A program made the translations under genes and the position numbers. This document shows, one piece after another, positions 11,409-22,114 of a stretch of 64,000 nt of DNA. Source of the DNA: an uncultured Nitrososphaerales archaeon (GTDB lineage: Archaea; Thermoproteota; Nitrososphaeria; Nitrososphaerales; Nitrososphaeraceae). The stretch spans positions 192,001-256,000 of the forward strand of contig CAWJCY010000006.1 in assembly GCA_963841565.1 (NCBI GenBank). The letters are read 5' to 3'. Below the pieces are notes generated by a model. That model ran no database searches and was not told the DNA's origin. It worked only from the letters and a program-made list of their open reading frames with translations. Positions within the stretch are counted from its first letter, which is position 1, and each line of letters begins with the position of its first letter.

Positions 11409-11512
11409 TATAATTCATGCAGGAATTATTTTCTTACTATTTATACGCGTCTGAATTGTCAGTAAAAGATAGCAGGTAAATAAATCTATGATGGAAATCT
11501 TCCTACAGACAA

Positions 11513-11850
11513 CTAATCCATTCTATTAACGTTATAGATTTCATTCTCCCATGGAACAGACAATCTAGGATTTGGTCCCCTTCCTATTACATAAATTTTG
11601 TCACCAATAGGCGCGACTCCTAATCCGCGTCTCGCAGTTAGCACGGGGTGTTTCGATGGTCCATGTGTTAGTGGCGGGATCGTATCATTCATTATTGTCA
11701 AAGGTTCCTTGGCGACGTTCTCCACCCAGTACGTAGATAGATCTGTTAATACTAGCAGCTCCTATTCCACTTCTTTTTGACGGCATTAGTTCAAGATCTG
11801 TAGTCCATTCGTCCGAGATTGGATTGTATTTTTCAACAATATCCGTGCCT
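11513..11850 (-). pseudogene. Kelch-repeat protein remnant
   Basis: VEKYNPISDEWTTDLELMPSKRSGIGAASINRSIYVLGGE..., then an in-frame TGA, a frameshift, and TARRGLGVAPIGDKIYVIG; N-terminus absent. Confidence 0.8.
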
Positions 11851-12487
11851 TCATAGGAGTTATCATACCGTAGGTACGCTTTAAAACATTTTCATTCATG
11901 TTCATTTATTGGGAATGGTCAATTTAATGGTCCGGAACAGCCATACATAGAGGGGATCTGATTCAGGCGACTTTTATTGCAAACTTAACTTATGCATACG
12001 GAATGAAAGTGTTTTCCATGCAAATGCATTAGAACTGTTCCTCTACTCTCTCTATGGGGTTATTTTGAGCTCAATATGAGAAATTGTTAATCGTCATTCT
12101 TAGACGTTTCTAAACTAGTTACCACTTCATCATAAATCTCATCCTTGATTATCACTATCTAGAAAAGTAACATGCTAAAATAGTTCAATTGGATTTTTAA
12201 AGAATCTAAAATTAAATATTAATGTTTTAAATCAAAAAAGCAGACTTAGAAGACCATTTTTGGATGGATTATCAAATTTCAAATTTAACAATAGAAGATA
12301 ATACGAAGTTTAATTTGGTCGGATTGACCAGTTTAAGATTGGAAGAATACCTGTAAAGATTGCTTTCAATGAAAGCCTTACATTAATTCATGGAAAATAA
12401 TTATCAAATCATTCGGATCCTGCAACACATTGGTTGTCTTTCAATTCCCAATTATTAGTTTAAATAAAGGTTACCACTGATAATTAG

Positions 12488-15115
12488 GTGACACTAATTC
12501 GAGAGATTGCAAGAAAATGGCTCGCTGAACCACTTGAGAATTTGAAGGTAGATAAGGTTGAAGAATCTGATGGTCGTAGTCAGGAGTTTGATACTCATCC
12601 TCATGCTAATCATCCAACCAAACCAGATTATGAGAATAGGCGAATTAGAATTGGTATAGATGTGGGTGGTACGTTTACAAAAGCAGTAGCAATAGATATG
12701 TCTACAGGAAGTATCATAGGGAAATCTACCCTACCTACTACTCACAAATCAAATCAAGGTGTTGCAACAGGCATCTTACAAGCGCTATCAGATGTTATGA
12801 TTAGGTTTGAGATACAAAATTCTGAAGTGGAACTCATATCTCATAGTACCACTCAGGCCGTAAATGCCTTGCTTGAAGGTGATACAGCTAAGGTTGGAAT
12901 CATAGGGATGGGAGTTAGCTTAGAGAAGTCCAACATCATTAAACGCACACACATTAAAGATATCACACTAGATGGTAACGGAAAAAAATATATCAAGACC
13001 TGTTATAGGTACTTGGATACTTCTGCATATCTAGGCGAAGAAAGGGTGAGGTCTTTAATCCTCGAACTTGTACGCGAAGGAGCCAAAGTCCTTGTGATCA
13101 GTGAAGCATATGGTGTAGATGACCCTAGTAACGAAGATTTCGTCGAGAATGTCGCAAGGTCCAATATTATGGGAAGTGATGGCAAAAAAGTTCCCGTAAT
13201 TGCAGCTCATGATCTAACAGGAATTTATGGTCTAGAGATCCGGACTATGACTGCCGTGATTAATGCAAGTATTCTGCCGAAGGCCGCTAGTACTGCAAAG
13301 TTCGTTGAATATGCCGTAAGAGAGAAGCTTGGAATCTCCAAAAATACATCAATAAAGATAATGAAAGGCGACGGAGGGCTTACAGATATCGATGCATTTG
13401 AGACAAAACCCATAATAACTGTTCTATCAGGACCTGCAGCTAGTGTTGCGGGGGCTCTTCTTCACTTGAGGGTATTAAATGGAGTTTTTGTAGAGGTCGG
13501 CGGAACTTCGACAAATGTGTGCGTAATAAAGGACGGTAAGCCTAAAGTGAACTACGCTACCATAGTTCAATATCCTACGTGTATTCGCTCATTGGATGTA
13601 AGAGTTGTGAATGTCGCAGGAGGCTCTATCGTCATGTTATCAAAAGACAAGCGAAAAATATTAGACGTGGGTCCTAGGTCTGCGCATATAGCTGGTTTGA
13701 AGTATTCCTGTTTCGCTGAGCCTTACGAGCTCCAGGAAGGAACGATTATACGATTTAAACCTGAGATTGAGGATGACTCGCCTCTCAAACACACAACCAA
13801 TGTACATGAATCCAATATCAATGGCGAAGAACAAAGCATGATCTATGCCGTAATTAAAGGAAGAGGTCTAACTAATGGGTTAGGAAAAGAGAAGAGCTCA
13901 AGAGAAAGACTATTTGCCATAACGACCACATGTGCAGCCAATGCGCTTGGTTTGATTTCTGACGACGATTATGCCAAAGGCAATTCCGAATCTGCAAAGA
14001 TTGCCCTGTCAATTCTCGCCCGAGAAATAGGTACTTCGACTGAAAATGCTGCCAAACAAATACTTGAAATCGCGAGTGACAAGATTTTACATGTCATGGG
14101 TCCTATGTTAAAGGAATATGCTCTAACATATAACAAACCAAGAGGATTCCTACTGAATAGAAAGGAAAATAATGATCGTTCTGGAAATGATGGAAGAAAT
14201 CGAATTAATAATAGCTTTGTCTTAGTGGGAGGAGGTGGAGGTGCTTCGGTCCTGGTGCCTCACCTAGCCAAGACACTTAATATGAATTATAAGAAAGCAG
14301 AACACGCTGAAGTCATATCATCAATTGGTGTAGCCGCTGCCATGATTCACGAAGAACTTGAAAGAACAGTTGATATGAATCCCAACCCAGAAGTGGTTTC
14401 CCTCTTGATGGATGAAGTCAAGGACCTAGCCTTGGCTAAAGGCGCACTACCTGAATCCATCACTATACAATCAGAATATGTCAGCGATCGATCTGTCTTA
14501 CGAGTCACTGCAACTGGCAACATGAGCTTAGACATAGGTACAGCCAATTCTAGGGAAATTAGCAACCATGAAGCTGAAGACATCGCCAAGAATCTTTTCG
14601 GAACAGCTTCGAGCCCGGATTCAGGAGATCCAGGTGATGGCATACAAGAGGTAGATCGTAATGTGACCGTCAAGCGTATTGATTTCAACGTGAAGAACTA
14701 TCACATATTTGAATGTGAAAAAAAAGTCAAGAACCTATTTGGATTTATCCCGCGTTCACAGAAAAAGCAAATTTCAATATTGATTCTCGATAAATTTGGT
14801 AGAGTGAGACTTTCCTTAACAGGCGTAAACATCATCAAGGGCACCAAACAAGATGTCTTGACTGATCTGCTTACACTACTTGGGAGTCCTCTTGATCCGT
14901 TAGAAGGAAACGATAGTAATAAAAAGGTTAAGTTCCAGCATAGCAGAAATACGGATGACAAGCACTGGGATCTTCCACCACAGGTACATCTGTTAGATGA
15001 TATTCGGCTAATAGATTTTTCGAATCTCACATCTTCAGAAAATCTCTCTAAAGTCATTAGGGATGAAGTTCAAAAATCATCTTCTAAAGACATTCTTGCT
15101 GTAATCAAAAAGTAA
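12488..15115 (+). CDS. hydantoinase A / 5-oxoprolinase-family ATP-dependent protein
   Basis: IGIDVGGTFTKAV, SHSTTQAVNALLEG, LSGPAASVAGA and EVGGTSTNV motifs. Confidence 0.88.
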   Translation: MTLIREIARKWLAEPLENLKVDKVEESDGRSQEFDTHPHANHPTKPDYENRRIRIGIDVGGTFTKAVAIDMSTGSIIGKSTLPTTHKSNQGVATGILQALSDVMIRFEIQNSEVELISHSTTQAVNALLEGDTAKVGIIGMGVSLEKSNIIKRTHIKDITLDGNGKKYIKTCYRYLDTSAYLGEERVRSLILELVREGAKVLVISEAYGVDDPSNEDFVENVARSNIMGSDGKKVPVIAAHDLTGIYGLEIRTMTAVINASILPKAASTAKFVEYAVREKLGISKNTSIKIMKGDGGLTDIDAFETKPIITVLSGPAASVAGALLHLRVLNGVFVEVGGTSTNVCVIKDGKPKVNYATIVQYPTCIRSLDVRVVNVAGGSIVMLSKDKRKILDVGPRSAHIAGLKYSCFAEPYELQEGTIIRFKPEIEDDSPLKHTTNVHESNINGEEQSMIYAVIKGRGLTNGLGKEKSSRERLFAITTTCAANALGLISDDDYAKGNSESAKIALSILAREIGTSTENAAKQILEIASDKILHVMGPMLKEYALTYNKPRGFLLNRKENNDRSGNDGRNRINNSFVLVGGGGGASVLVPHLAKTLNMNYKKAEHAEVISSIGVAAAMIHEELERTVDMNPNPEVVSLLMDEVKDLALAKGALPESITIQSEYVSDRSVLRVTATGNMSLDIGTANSREISNHEAEDIAKNLFGTASSPDSGDPGDGIQEVDRNVTVKRIDFNVKNYHIFECEKKVKNLFGFIPRSQKKQISILILDKFGRVRLSLTGVNIIKGTKQDVLTDLLTLLGSPLDPLEGNDSNKKVKFQHSRNTDDKHWDLPPQVHLLDDIRLIDFSNLTSSENLSKVIRDEVQKSSSKDILAVIKK

Positions 15116-15272
15116 AATATATCGAGTCATACTAACTTATCAGTTATTATCAACTCTTAGAATATTTCCACTAAAATGTTGAGTAAATATATGATGGCGA
15201 AAATACTTGGATTCTCATCTTATTTACCAAGGGGATGCTAATTTTGAATTGTGCTGCTCAGGTAAGTCTTAA

Positions 15273-15930
15273 TCATTGGGACAAATTTGGAACGATCCGG
15301 TAAATATTTCCGTGGATGTGTGATAGCAAATAAAGATAACCATCTGGCCCTTCTTTAATATCTGCAATAACCCCGAAGCCTTGCCCTAATACCACGTTTT
15401 CAAGCTCCTCATTGTCGTTTGCAACTTTATCTGCAAGATCTCCTTCAAGATCTAACTTCGTTCTGTCATCGCCTAATTCAAAAATATATAGATAGTCATT
15501 ATTATAATCGGCAACGAACAGATCATTTTGATACTCTTCTCCCCAGAGTATCACCTCTAAGGAATTCTAAAGCGGTTACGCCAATAGACATATTCCAAGC
15601 AAATTCAGGACTTCTATATCTTCCTTTATCGGCGAAAGTTTCTAAATTGGCTGGTATCGTTACCATATTGTCATCAAAATATCCTCTAGCGGCTGGTAAT
15701 GGGTTTGACGTAGTAACTGGCCACCATCCTTGTACTCTTAACCATCCACTATTGAATCCAGGTTCTACAAGGTTAATTTCGTCACCATACCCAGCGCCAT
15801 TTTCACTATCCCACAACTTATTAGTAACCGGATCGAATGCAAGTCCAAATCCATTTCTTATGCCAAATGCATAGTATTTATTCAGAAGACTATGATCAGC
15901 TAGAACTCCGGTAGTACCATTCTCTCCTCC
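15273..15930 (-). pseudogene. PQQ-dependent sugar dehydrogenase (GSDH) C-terminal remnant
   Basis: YYAFGIRNGFGLAFDPVTNKLWDSENG..GDEINLVEPGFNSGW, continuing after a frameshift near 15543 into EEYQNDLFVADYNN...DIKEGPDGYLY; N-terminal half missing. Confidence 0.8.
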
Positions 15931-16414
15931 CAGTACTGGTTCACCGATTCTTTGAGTAATTGATATCACAATTCCGAAATAACATTTACAGAACAAATTG
16001 CAAGTAGCGATGGTGCGTAATATGTAGTTACGCACTAAATCCATTGTGAATTCGCGGATAAACATTTGATAATGTTTGAAGTATTTGACAAGCGGATTAG
16101 GTACAATGTGATGTGTTCTAATCATGACTACAGATTGGTCACTAGTGATTTCGAAACTTCATAAACGGATTGAGTACCCCTGATCTCTACCGCGTTTCCC
16201 CACGAATAGCATACGGCATATCCGTTTGGTTAAATGACACAACTTACAAAGCTCCTTTCAGTGCCTTTAATCGTGGATGTCGTATCACTCTAAAAAAGAA
16301 AGTATTTGAATGGATCGATTGCATAATATTAGATAGATCTAGAGAAAAATCGAATGCAAGCTAGAATTTTATGGTTCATTAATCGTTGGTAATGTTGAAT
16401 CCATACGGATAGCA

Positions 16415-16450
16415 TTTAAATATTAGGCTACACTAATTAGGTTAGTCTAA
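16415..16450 (+). promoter_or_regulatory. TATA box TTTAAATA plus two tandem DtxR-type boxes (TTAGGCTACACTAA, TTAGGTTAGTCTAA)
   Basis: Two abutting 14-bp palindromes directly after the TATA box, 6 nt before ATG 16457. Confidence 0.8.
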
Positions 16451-16456
16451 TCTAAA

Positions 16457-16771
16457 ATGAGCCTTTCGAGCGATTACGAAGAAAATAATTCATTATTGTT
16501 GTTGAGAGAGGTTGCAGAAATGATTACTTATAAAATAATTACATCAACCATGTACTCAGCAAAGACGGTACTCCAGATATCAACTGAGAATAAGATACCA
16601 TTGAGTTCAACTTACAAAAAGATAAGTAGATTATGCAAAGCGGGGATTTTGTCAGTAGAAAGAGCTTCGATAGACGATAATGGAAAGAAGGTTCTTTATT
16701 ACAAAAGTAAAATAAAAGCGATCGAGGCATGTCTAAATGAGAATGGACTTGCGGTTCACGTAAAGAAATAA
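16457..16771 (+). CDS. winged-helix (ArsR-like) transcriptional regulator
   Basis: SAKTVLQISTENKIPLSSTYKKISRL...GKKVLYYKS helix-turn-helix and wing pattern. Confidence 0.85.
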   Translation: MSLSSDYEENNSLLLLREVAEMITYKIITSTMYSAKTVLQISTENKIPLSSTYKKISRLCKAGILSVERASIDDNGKKVLYYKSKIKAIEACLNENGLAVHVKK

Positions 16772-17188
16772 AAGTTCTCAAGATTTAATAGCCAAACATC
16801 ATTTCAGCAATGTATCAAGAGAATGCCGAAAGGGAGTCTGAATGTGAATTGAAATTGATGACAATATAGGCTAGCTTAAAACAATTCATATGGATTGATT
16901 TGACTATTATTGAGAATCCGCACTATATTCATTATAGTTAATTGGCCACTCCAAGCTTTGTTACTGATAATGTTTTTGATTTACTTTGTTGTAACGCATT
17001 GTTTTTCTTAATTTGTCAGATGCCAGAATCCAACTTTAGTGCCGATTCAATACTACTTTCATCTAAAGTGGATACGAAGTAGTACTAAACCAGATTTTAT
17101 GATTTGCATTTAGTTTATATGAAATTAATTATTCTAACAAAATGATACTGTACAACAATAGCAAAGAAACCCCATTGCCACCGAGTAA

Positions 17189-17208
17189 ATTTCTCATTAT
17201 TGAGAAAT
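17189..17208. promoter_or_regulatory. palindrome ATTTCTCA-TTAT-TGAGAAAT upstream of TATA (17218-17225)
   Basis: Perfect 8-bp arms; related ATTCTC-N6-GAGAAT at 18212-18229. Confidence 0.4.
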
Positions 17209-17250
17209 AGCTATTAATTTAAATAACAACTGTCAAGGTAATTTATTGTC

Positions 17251-17709
17251 ATGAATAGACAAATATTGAACATGAAATCCATGTTCGTTATCTATATGTG
17301 TCTCTTAGCTGCTATATCTCTACCTGTGAGCTCTATGGCAAGTAATTCTGCATTCGCTCAAGGTACGACTGAAAGTGATGCAGCTGCAGGTGAAGAAGCA
17401 CAGAGTACTAGCGATCCATTAGAACTTATCTCTACAATACAGAGCTTGCTGAATCAAGCAGTAGTAGAATATGGTAACCAGAACTTCACTGGTGCAGCAG
17501 AATTAGCACAAATTGCATATCTGGATAATTATGAGTATTTAGAGGCTCCATTGGGTCAACTAGATCCCGCGTTGATGGAAGCAACTGAAATAATGATCAG
17601 GGAAGATATGCAAAATTCAATAGAATCAAGAGTACCTCTTAGCGAATTGCAACAATTGGTCAATACCATTGATGGTAATTTAATTACAGCACAACAACTG
17701 TTCGGTTGA
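17251..17709 (+). CDS. secreted helical protein homologous to the FTR1 ectodomain repeat
   Basis: Signal peptide ending SAFAQ; AYLDNYEYLEAPL...LMEATEIMIRE matches AYLDNFEYLEAPI...LMLDIETEMRE in 22421..24832. Confidence 0.85.
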   Translation: MNRQILNMKSMFVIYMCLLAAISLPVSSMASNSAFAQGTTESDAAAGEEAQSTSDPLELISTIQSLLNQAVVEYGNQNFTGAAELAQIAYLDNYEYLEAPLGQLDPALMEATEIMIREDMQNSIESRVPLSELQQLVNTIDGNLITAQQLFG

Positions 17710-18022
17710 CGAAACACAACCTCTTTTTATTACCTTATTTTATTATGCTTTGCCTATTTCACGTAAAGGTTAGCATTTTCCTATCAGAACCTTCAAAGTA
17801 AATGATTGTAAAGCGTCATAGGTTATAAAGCGTCTGTAGACTCAATAACACTCGAGGCAAGCTTAGAAATAGAAATTATTTTGGTGAGAGCCCTCATTTT
17901 ACCAATGGTTAGTTTGAAAACATATAGCTTTTGTATTATGACAAGGATGATAGCTAGGACTCGCGGATACCCGCTATGTCAGATATTAAGTGGTTAGTTT
18001 GTCATGACAACATGGTTAGAAA

Positions 18023-18069
18023 TCCTACTCGATTAGATTTTGATCAACCGTCAATCCAATCGAGTAGGA
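18023..18069. other. 17-bp inverted repeat / strong hairpin
   Basis: TCCTACTCGATTAGATT-N13-AATCCAATCGAGTAGGA. One mismatch, which is a G-U pair only in the minus-strand transcript. A T-run follows on the plus strand. Confidence 0.8.
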
Positions 18070-18165
18070 GGTGTTTTTTTCTGACCTGGCGCGAGTAGTG
18101 ATTTTCTATCGGAATTTCCATAGATGCCAATCCCAGACATTCCAATAGTTCATTTGTTCAGTGTA

Positions 18166-18201
18166 TTAGTTAATCCTAATTAGGTAAGACTAATATTTAT
18201 G
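18166..18201 (-). promoter_or_regulatory. TATA-like CATAAATA plus two tandem DtxR-type boxes
   Basis: Plus strand: TTAGTTAATCCTAA (18166-18179), TTAGGTAAGACTAA (18180-18193), TATTTATG; same layout as 16415-16450 and 22303-22338. Confidence 0.78.
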
Positions 18202-18645
18202 CTTGCTTTTGATTCTCATTGAGGAGAATTTTCACAATACTTATCGCTAACATAAAGACATATGTTTTTGTTTATTTCATTAATTTAGTCAGATTACGGG
18301 GTAAAAGTGGACACATATCAGTACTACGGTTCATGAGCTATAAGATACGTATTACTGTCAATTATTGCTTTCCATGTTCCTCATACATATGTTCTTTCAA
18401 CAAGTCTTCAGATCGACATCTAGTTTTGCATTCGGAACAAACGAAAAACTTGTGATCATTAATCGTGTCGCCATCCTTGCTGGCGTGTGTTTTGGTCAAG
18501 GTCGTTCGTGATATGTGCACATCGGGCTTTATATAGGTATAAAATGCATTAAAAAGGTTATTTCAAGATGAAAATTGAAAAGAACGCTCAATGATAAATA
18601 TTTGATAGTACTCACTCAAGATAAAATTTAATTCTGGGCTGAAAA

Positions 18646-19119
18646 CTATACTGGGCAGCATTTACCTGGTGGTATTGGATGTCCATGAGGACATCGCATT
18701 GGATGATTCAGTAAGGTGCACAAAGCATCTGTAAAGACTTCCTTCATATGATGCTCAATACCACACACCATTTCTTCATCGATCGCGATTCTCAAACTAT
18801 CTCTCATAAGTATTTCGAGAAGACGGGTATTTCGTATCATATGTCTTGCTATCTGCTCACCCTTCGCAGTAATCCTAATTGAAATATTTTCCTTACTGTA
18901 TTCCACAAAGTTCTCATCATTAAGTTTATGTAACATGCTCACAACTGAAGGCTGTCTAATGTTAAGTAATTTAGCAATAGAACTTACCTTCACCTCTTTG
19001 CCTCTCTCTCCTATATGCCAAATTGCCTTAAGATACATTTCCAGGCTCTCTGAACGAGCTGTCCCGATATATAGCTCTTCATCGACAGATTTCTTCGACT
19101 GACTACTATTATTATTCAA
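18646..19119 (-). CDS. DtxR/IdeR/MntR-family metal-dependent regulator (short form, no FeoA domain)
   Basis: EMYLKAIW, IAKLLNIRQPSVVSMLHKL helix-turn-helix, RNTRLLE, CGIEHH and CPHGHPIP. Confidence 0.95.
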   Translation of the reverse strand: MNNNSSQSKKSVDEELYIGTARSESLEMYLKAIWHIGERGKEVKVSSIAKLLNIRQPSVVSMLHKLNDENFVEYSKENISIRITAKGEQIARHMIRNTRLLEILMRDSLRIAIDEEMVCGIEHHMKEVFTDALCTLLNHPMRCPHGHPIPPGKCCPV

Positions 19120-19739
19120 TATGGTGTATAATTGTAAGTACTACAATGTTTTAGTTATTTAGCATATAGTCGTTTCTCACAGACGAAAACATGAGTCTAG
19201 TAACAAGGGTTATCTATGCAGTCCATCAAGTAAAGACTCTTGTTTAAGAGTTTCGATCCATTTATCCTTGATCGAAGTATGACTCAGATTTATTCTGTTA
19301 GTGTGGAAGATTTAGCAAAAATACTAAGACCTTTCTCTTCGGTTCTCAGATCTTAGAATCTAATATAAGTATATTATCCATCGTCAATCCCTCACTCTAT
19401 GGATAACCCATTATCATGTTCAAAGCTATTCGTGTTATCTCAGATTCAATTTCATTTTTAAATTCATGCGTTAATGACGCTAGAGTATAATTTTGGACTG
19501 AAAGTCCAAAGTAGGTCATCGAAAGCAATATCAATACCAATACAGATGTTAAAATATTATAATTTATTCGAAATTTATTGAAACAATTTGACATGATTTT
19601 AGATCGAATTGGATGTTAAATTTAAATATACATATAGGTTTTCTAGCCGTATAACATGACAAAATTATTCATTTCTTTTGTCTCTATTGAGAATCAAACG
19701 GGAGTATATATATATAATATTTTATAACATAATCGGCCA

Positions 19740-20993
19740 TTGAGGGATCAACGAGCAGCTGAGATATTCCAATCTCACCAGGAAAGTCGGTCATTTTACG
19801 CCGAAGAGAAACCTTCAACTTTCTTATCAATTGTTATACCTACCTATAATGAAAGCGAAAATATCATCAGACTTGTTAGAGAAATTGCTAGCAGGATCCC
19901 CAAAGATATTAGGACGGAGATTTTGATAGTTGATGATAAATCTCCCGACGGAACTGGCTCTCTAATTGATAAGTTTGTAGCAGAGAATAATTTCGATGGA
20001 ATTCGTAACGAAAGTCAAATACTGACCATCAACGTACTTCATAGAGAGACACGTGACGGCCTGATGTGTGCAGTGCTTGATGGTATCAAAGCTTCCAATG
20101 GCAAGAACATACTAGTAATGGATGCTGATTTCTCTCATCCTCCTCAACTTATACCTCGGATAATAAAGGAACTCAAGCACGAATCTAATTGTGTCGTGAT
20201 AGGGTCGAGATATGCAAAGGGGGGTTCTATTGTAGGTGTACCGTTGAAGAGACTCTTAATAAGTTTTGGTGCTACAGGAATTGCAAGATACGGCCTCAAC
20301 GTAAAAGAAGTTCGAGACCCAATGTCTGGATTTTTTGCATTGCCACGTCATGTTATAAAAGATATCGAATTTAGTACTCAAGGATTCAAGATTTTGCTTG
20401 AAATACTAGTCAAGAAACAAAGACACATTACCGTAAAAGAGATTCCATACACTTTTACTGTCAGAAAATATGGACATAGTAAATTGGATCGAAAGGTCTT
20501 GGTAGACTATACGAAGGCGGTTTGGAGTCTGTACAAGTACGGGAGAAGATCACAAAAAAGGCTGGAAAGTTCAGAGCACAGAAGATCAGTATTGTTCTTA
20601 TCGAAGGCCGCTAGGTTCTTCACCGTAGGAGCTAGTGGGTTAGCAATCAATTTCCTGGTATCTTTTTTACTCTCTAATGGAACCTTAGCTAATCTTTGGT
20701 ATGTTCAAGCGACTGCAATGGGAATAGCTGTTTCAATAACCACTAACTTCCTCTTGAACAAGATTTGGACATTTGAGGACAAAAAGTTCTCTGTCCTTTA
20801 TGCTTTGAAGCAATACGGTTTATTTCTATTTTTCAGCTCATTAGGTATCTCGATACAGCTTTCATTAGTCTATTTGATGGTAGAATCTGGAATACCTTAT
20901 AATCTATCACTTATTTGCGCAGTAGCCGCGGCTTCAATTAGTAATTTTGTCCTTAACAAGAAGTGGACTTTTAGAGAGAAAGTGTGGGGCTGA
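19740..20993 (+). CDS. dolichol-phosphate mannosyltransferase-like GT2 fused to a GtrA flippase-like domain
   Basis: VIPTYNESENI, VDDKSPDGT, VMDADFSHPP and DPMSGFF; C-terminal 4-TM GtrA domain (NFLLNKIWTF). Confidence 0.92.
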   Translation: MRDQRAAEIFQSHQESRSFYAEEKPSTFLSIVIPTYNESENIIRLVREIASRIPKDIRTEILIVDDKSPDGTGSLIDKFVAENNFDGIRNESQILTINVLHRETRDGLMCAVLDGIKASNGKNILVMDADFSHPPQLIPRIIKELKHESNCVVIGSRYAKGGSIVGVPLKRLLISFGATGIARYGLNVKEVRDPMSGFFALPRHVIKDIEFSTQGFKILLEILVKKQRHITVKEIPYTFTVRKYGHSKLDRKVLVDYTKAVWSLYKYGRRSQKRLESSEHRRSVLFLSKAARFFTVGASGLAINFLVSFLLSNGTLANLWYVQATAMGIAVSITTNFLLNKIWTFEDKKFSVLYALKQYGLFLFFSSLGISIQLSLVYLMVESGIPYNLSLICAVAAASISNFVLNKKWTFREKVWG

Positions 20994-21104
20994 ATCTGTC
21001 CCTAAAAGATTGTTTAGGATCTGATTGAAGCCTCTTGGTTACTTTCCTATTTAGTCTATTTACTAAAATAAAAGAAAAAAAGGGTTCAAAAATATTGGAG
21101 TTAT

Positions 21105-21590
21105 TTAGCGGATTTCCAGCTTCGCGAGTATGTCTTCGATAGTCTGTTCGTCTTCCAATTCTGCATCAAGCAGATCTAGTGCTAGATGGTAGGTACCGTG
21201 ATCTTTGTCCTTAACGTTATTGGCAAGGTCATTATATAACTTGATTACGCTTCTTTCAAATTCCAGTGCTTTTTCCAAAGCACTGCGAAGTGTCAAGTAC
21301 CTTGAAGGTTGTAGCTTACCCAAGCCGCTTTCTTGTTCCCATAAAGCAGGGTCATCTTTGGCATTAGTTCCAAGTTGCATCAGCCTAATAGAGACTTTTT
21401 TAGCATGCCCCAGTTCTTCATCTGCTCGCTCTTCGAAAAACTTTTGTTCTAGCACACCTAGTCCTTCTATATTCTGAGAAATGTACCAGAAATAATGGAA
21501 TGCTGACAATTCTCCAGCATAAGCGGTTTTCAGCATCTCTATCGTACCTTCGACTCCAGAACCAGCAATTTCTTTTCCCATTTTGCCCAT
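21105..21590 (-). CDS. ferritin-like protein (bacterioferritin/DPSL-like)
   Basis: Four-helix bundle with E...EELGH...E ligand pattern (YAGELSA, ADEELGHA, ALEFERS). Confidence 0.85.
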   Translation of the reverse strand: MGKMGKEIAGSGVEGTIEMLKTAYAGELSAFHYFWYISQNIEGLGVLEQKFFEERADEELGHAKKVSIRLMQLGTNAKDDPALWEQESGLGKLQPSRYLTLRSALEKALEFERSVIKLYNDLANNVKDKDHGTYHLALDLLDAELEDEQTIEDILAKLEIR

Positions 21591-21642
21591 ATTATATTCG
21601 ATATCTATATGGATAACCTCCTATTTAATAATTTTCAACAAT

Positions 21643-21656
21643 TTAGTACGAACTAA
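21643..21656. promoter_or_regulatory. single DtxR-type box TTAGTACGAACTAA upstream of the BRE/TATA of the ferritin-like gene
   Basis: TTAG-N6-CTAA; minus-strand TATA (TATTAAATAG) at 21621-21630. Confidence 0.6.
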
Positions 21657-21847
21657 TTAGAAAGAGTATGTAGAATTGTAGAAATTATAAGATAATTCCA
21701 CACAATACAGTAATTATTGATTGCATCCTACGTTACAAGTGTCATTTAAATAAACTTATTTTTGTAAATACATATCATGTCTATGTAGAGCGTTAGTAAT
21801 CTCAGAAATAAATAATCTCTAACAATGAATCATTTAAGATACAAAAT

Positions 21848-22108
21848 TTAGCTCTGCTTCGGTGATATATCTTTTTCCTTCTTCCTATGTGGAGGTTCTA
21901 ACCCAATGGTTCCCATTATTGAATCTCCTATTGGTTCAAAAATAGTCCGAAGTGATTCGGTATCATAGTATTTTATCACCTCGTTCAACTTGCTCTCGAT
22001 CTTTCTCTGTTCGATTTTCAAAAGCATATATCGGGATATTAACGCCTTCACTTCATCTGCCTTGTCTTCCTCAATTGGGTTCTTATCCGAAGAGCTTGGC
22101 GGGGACAT
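21848..22108 (-). CDS. hypothetical 86-aa protein with a coiled-coil segment
   Basis: ORF 6 nt downstream of 22115..22300; probably the same operon. Confidence 0.6.
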   Translation of the reverse strand: MSPPSSSDKNPIEEDKADEVKALISRYMLLKIEQRKIESKLNEVIKYYDTESLRTIFEPIGDSIMGTIGLEPPHRKKEKDISPKQS

Positions 22109-22114
22109 TCTTTA

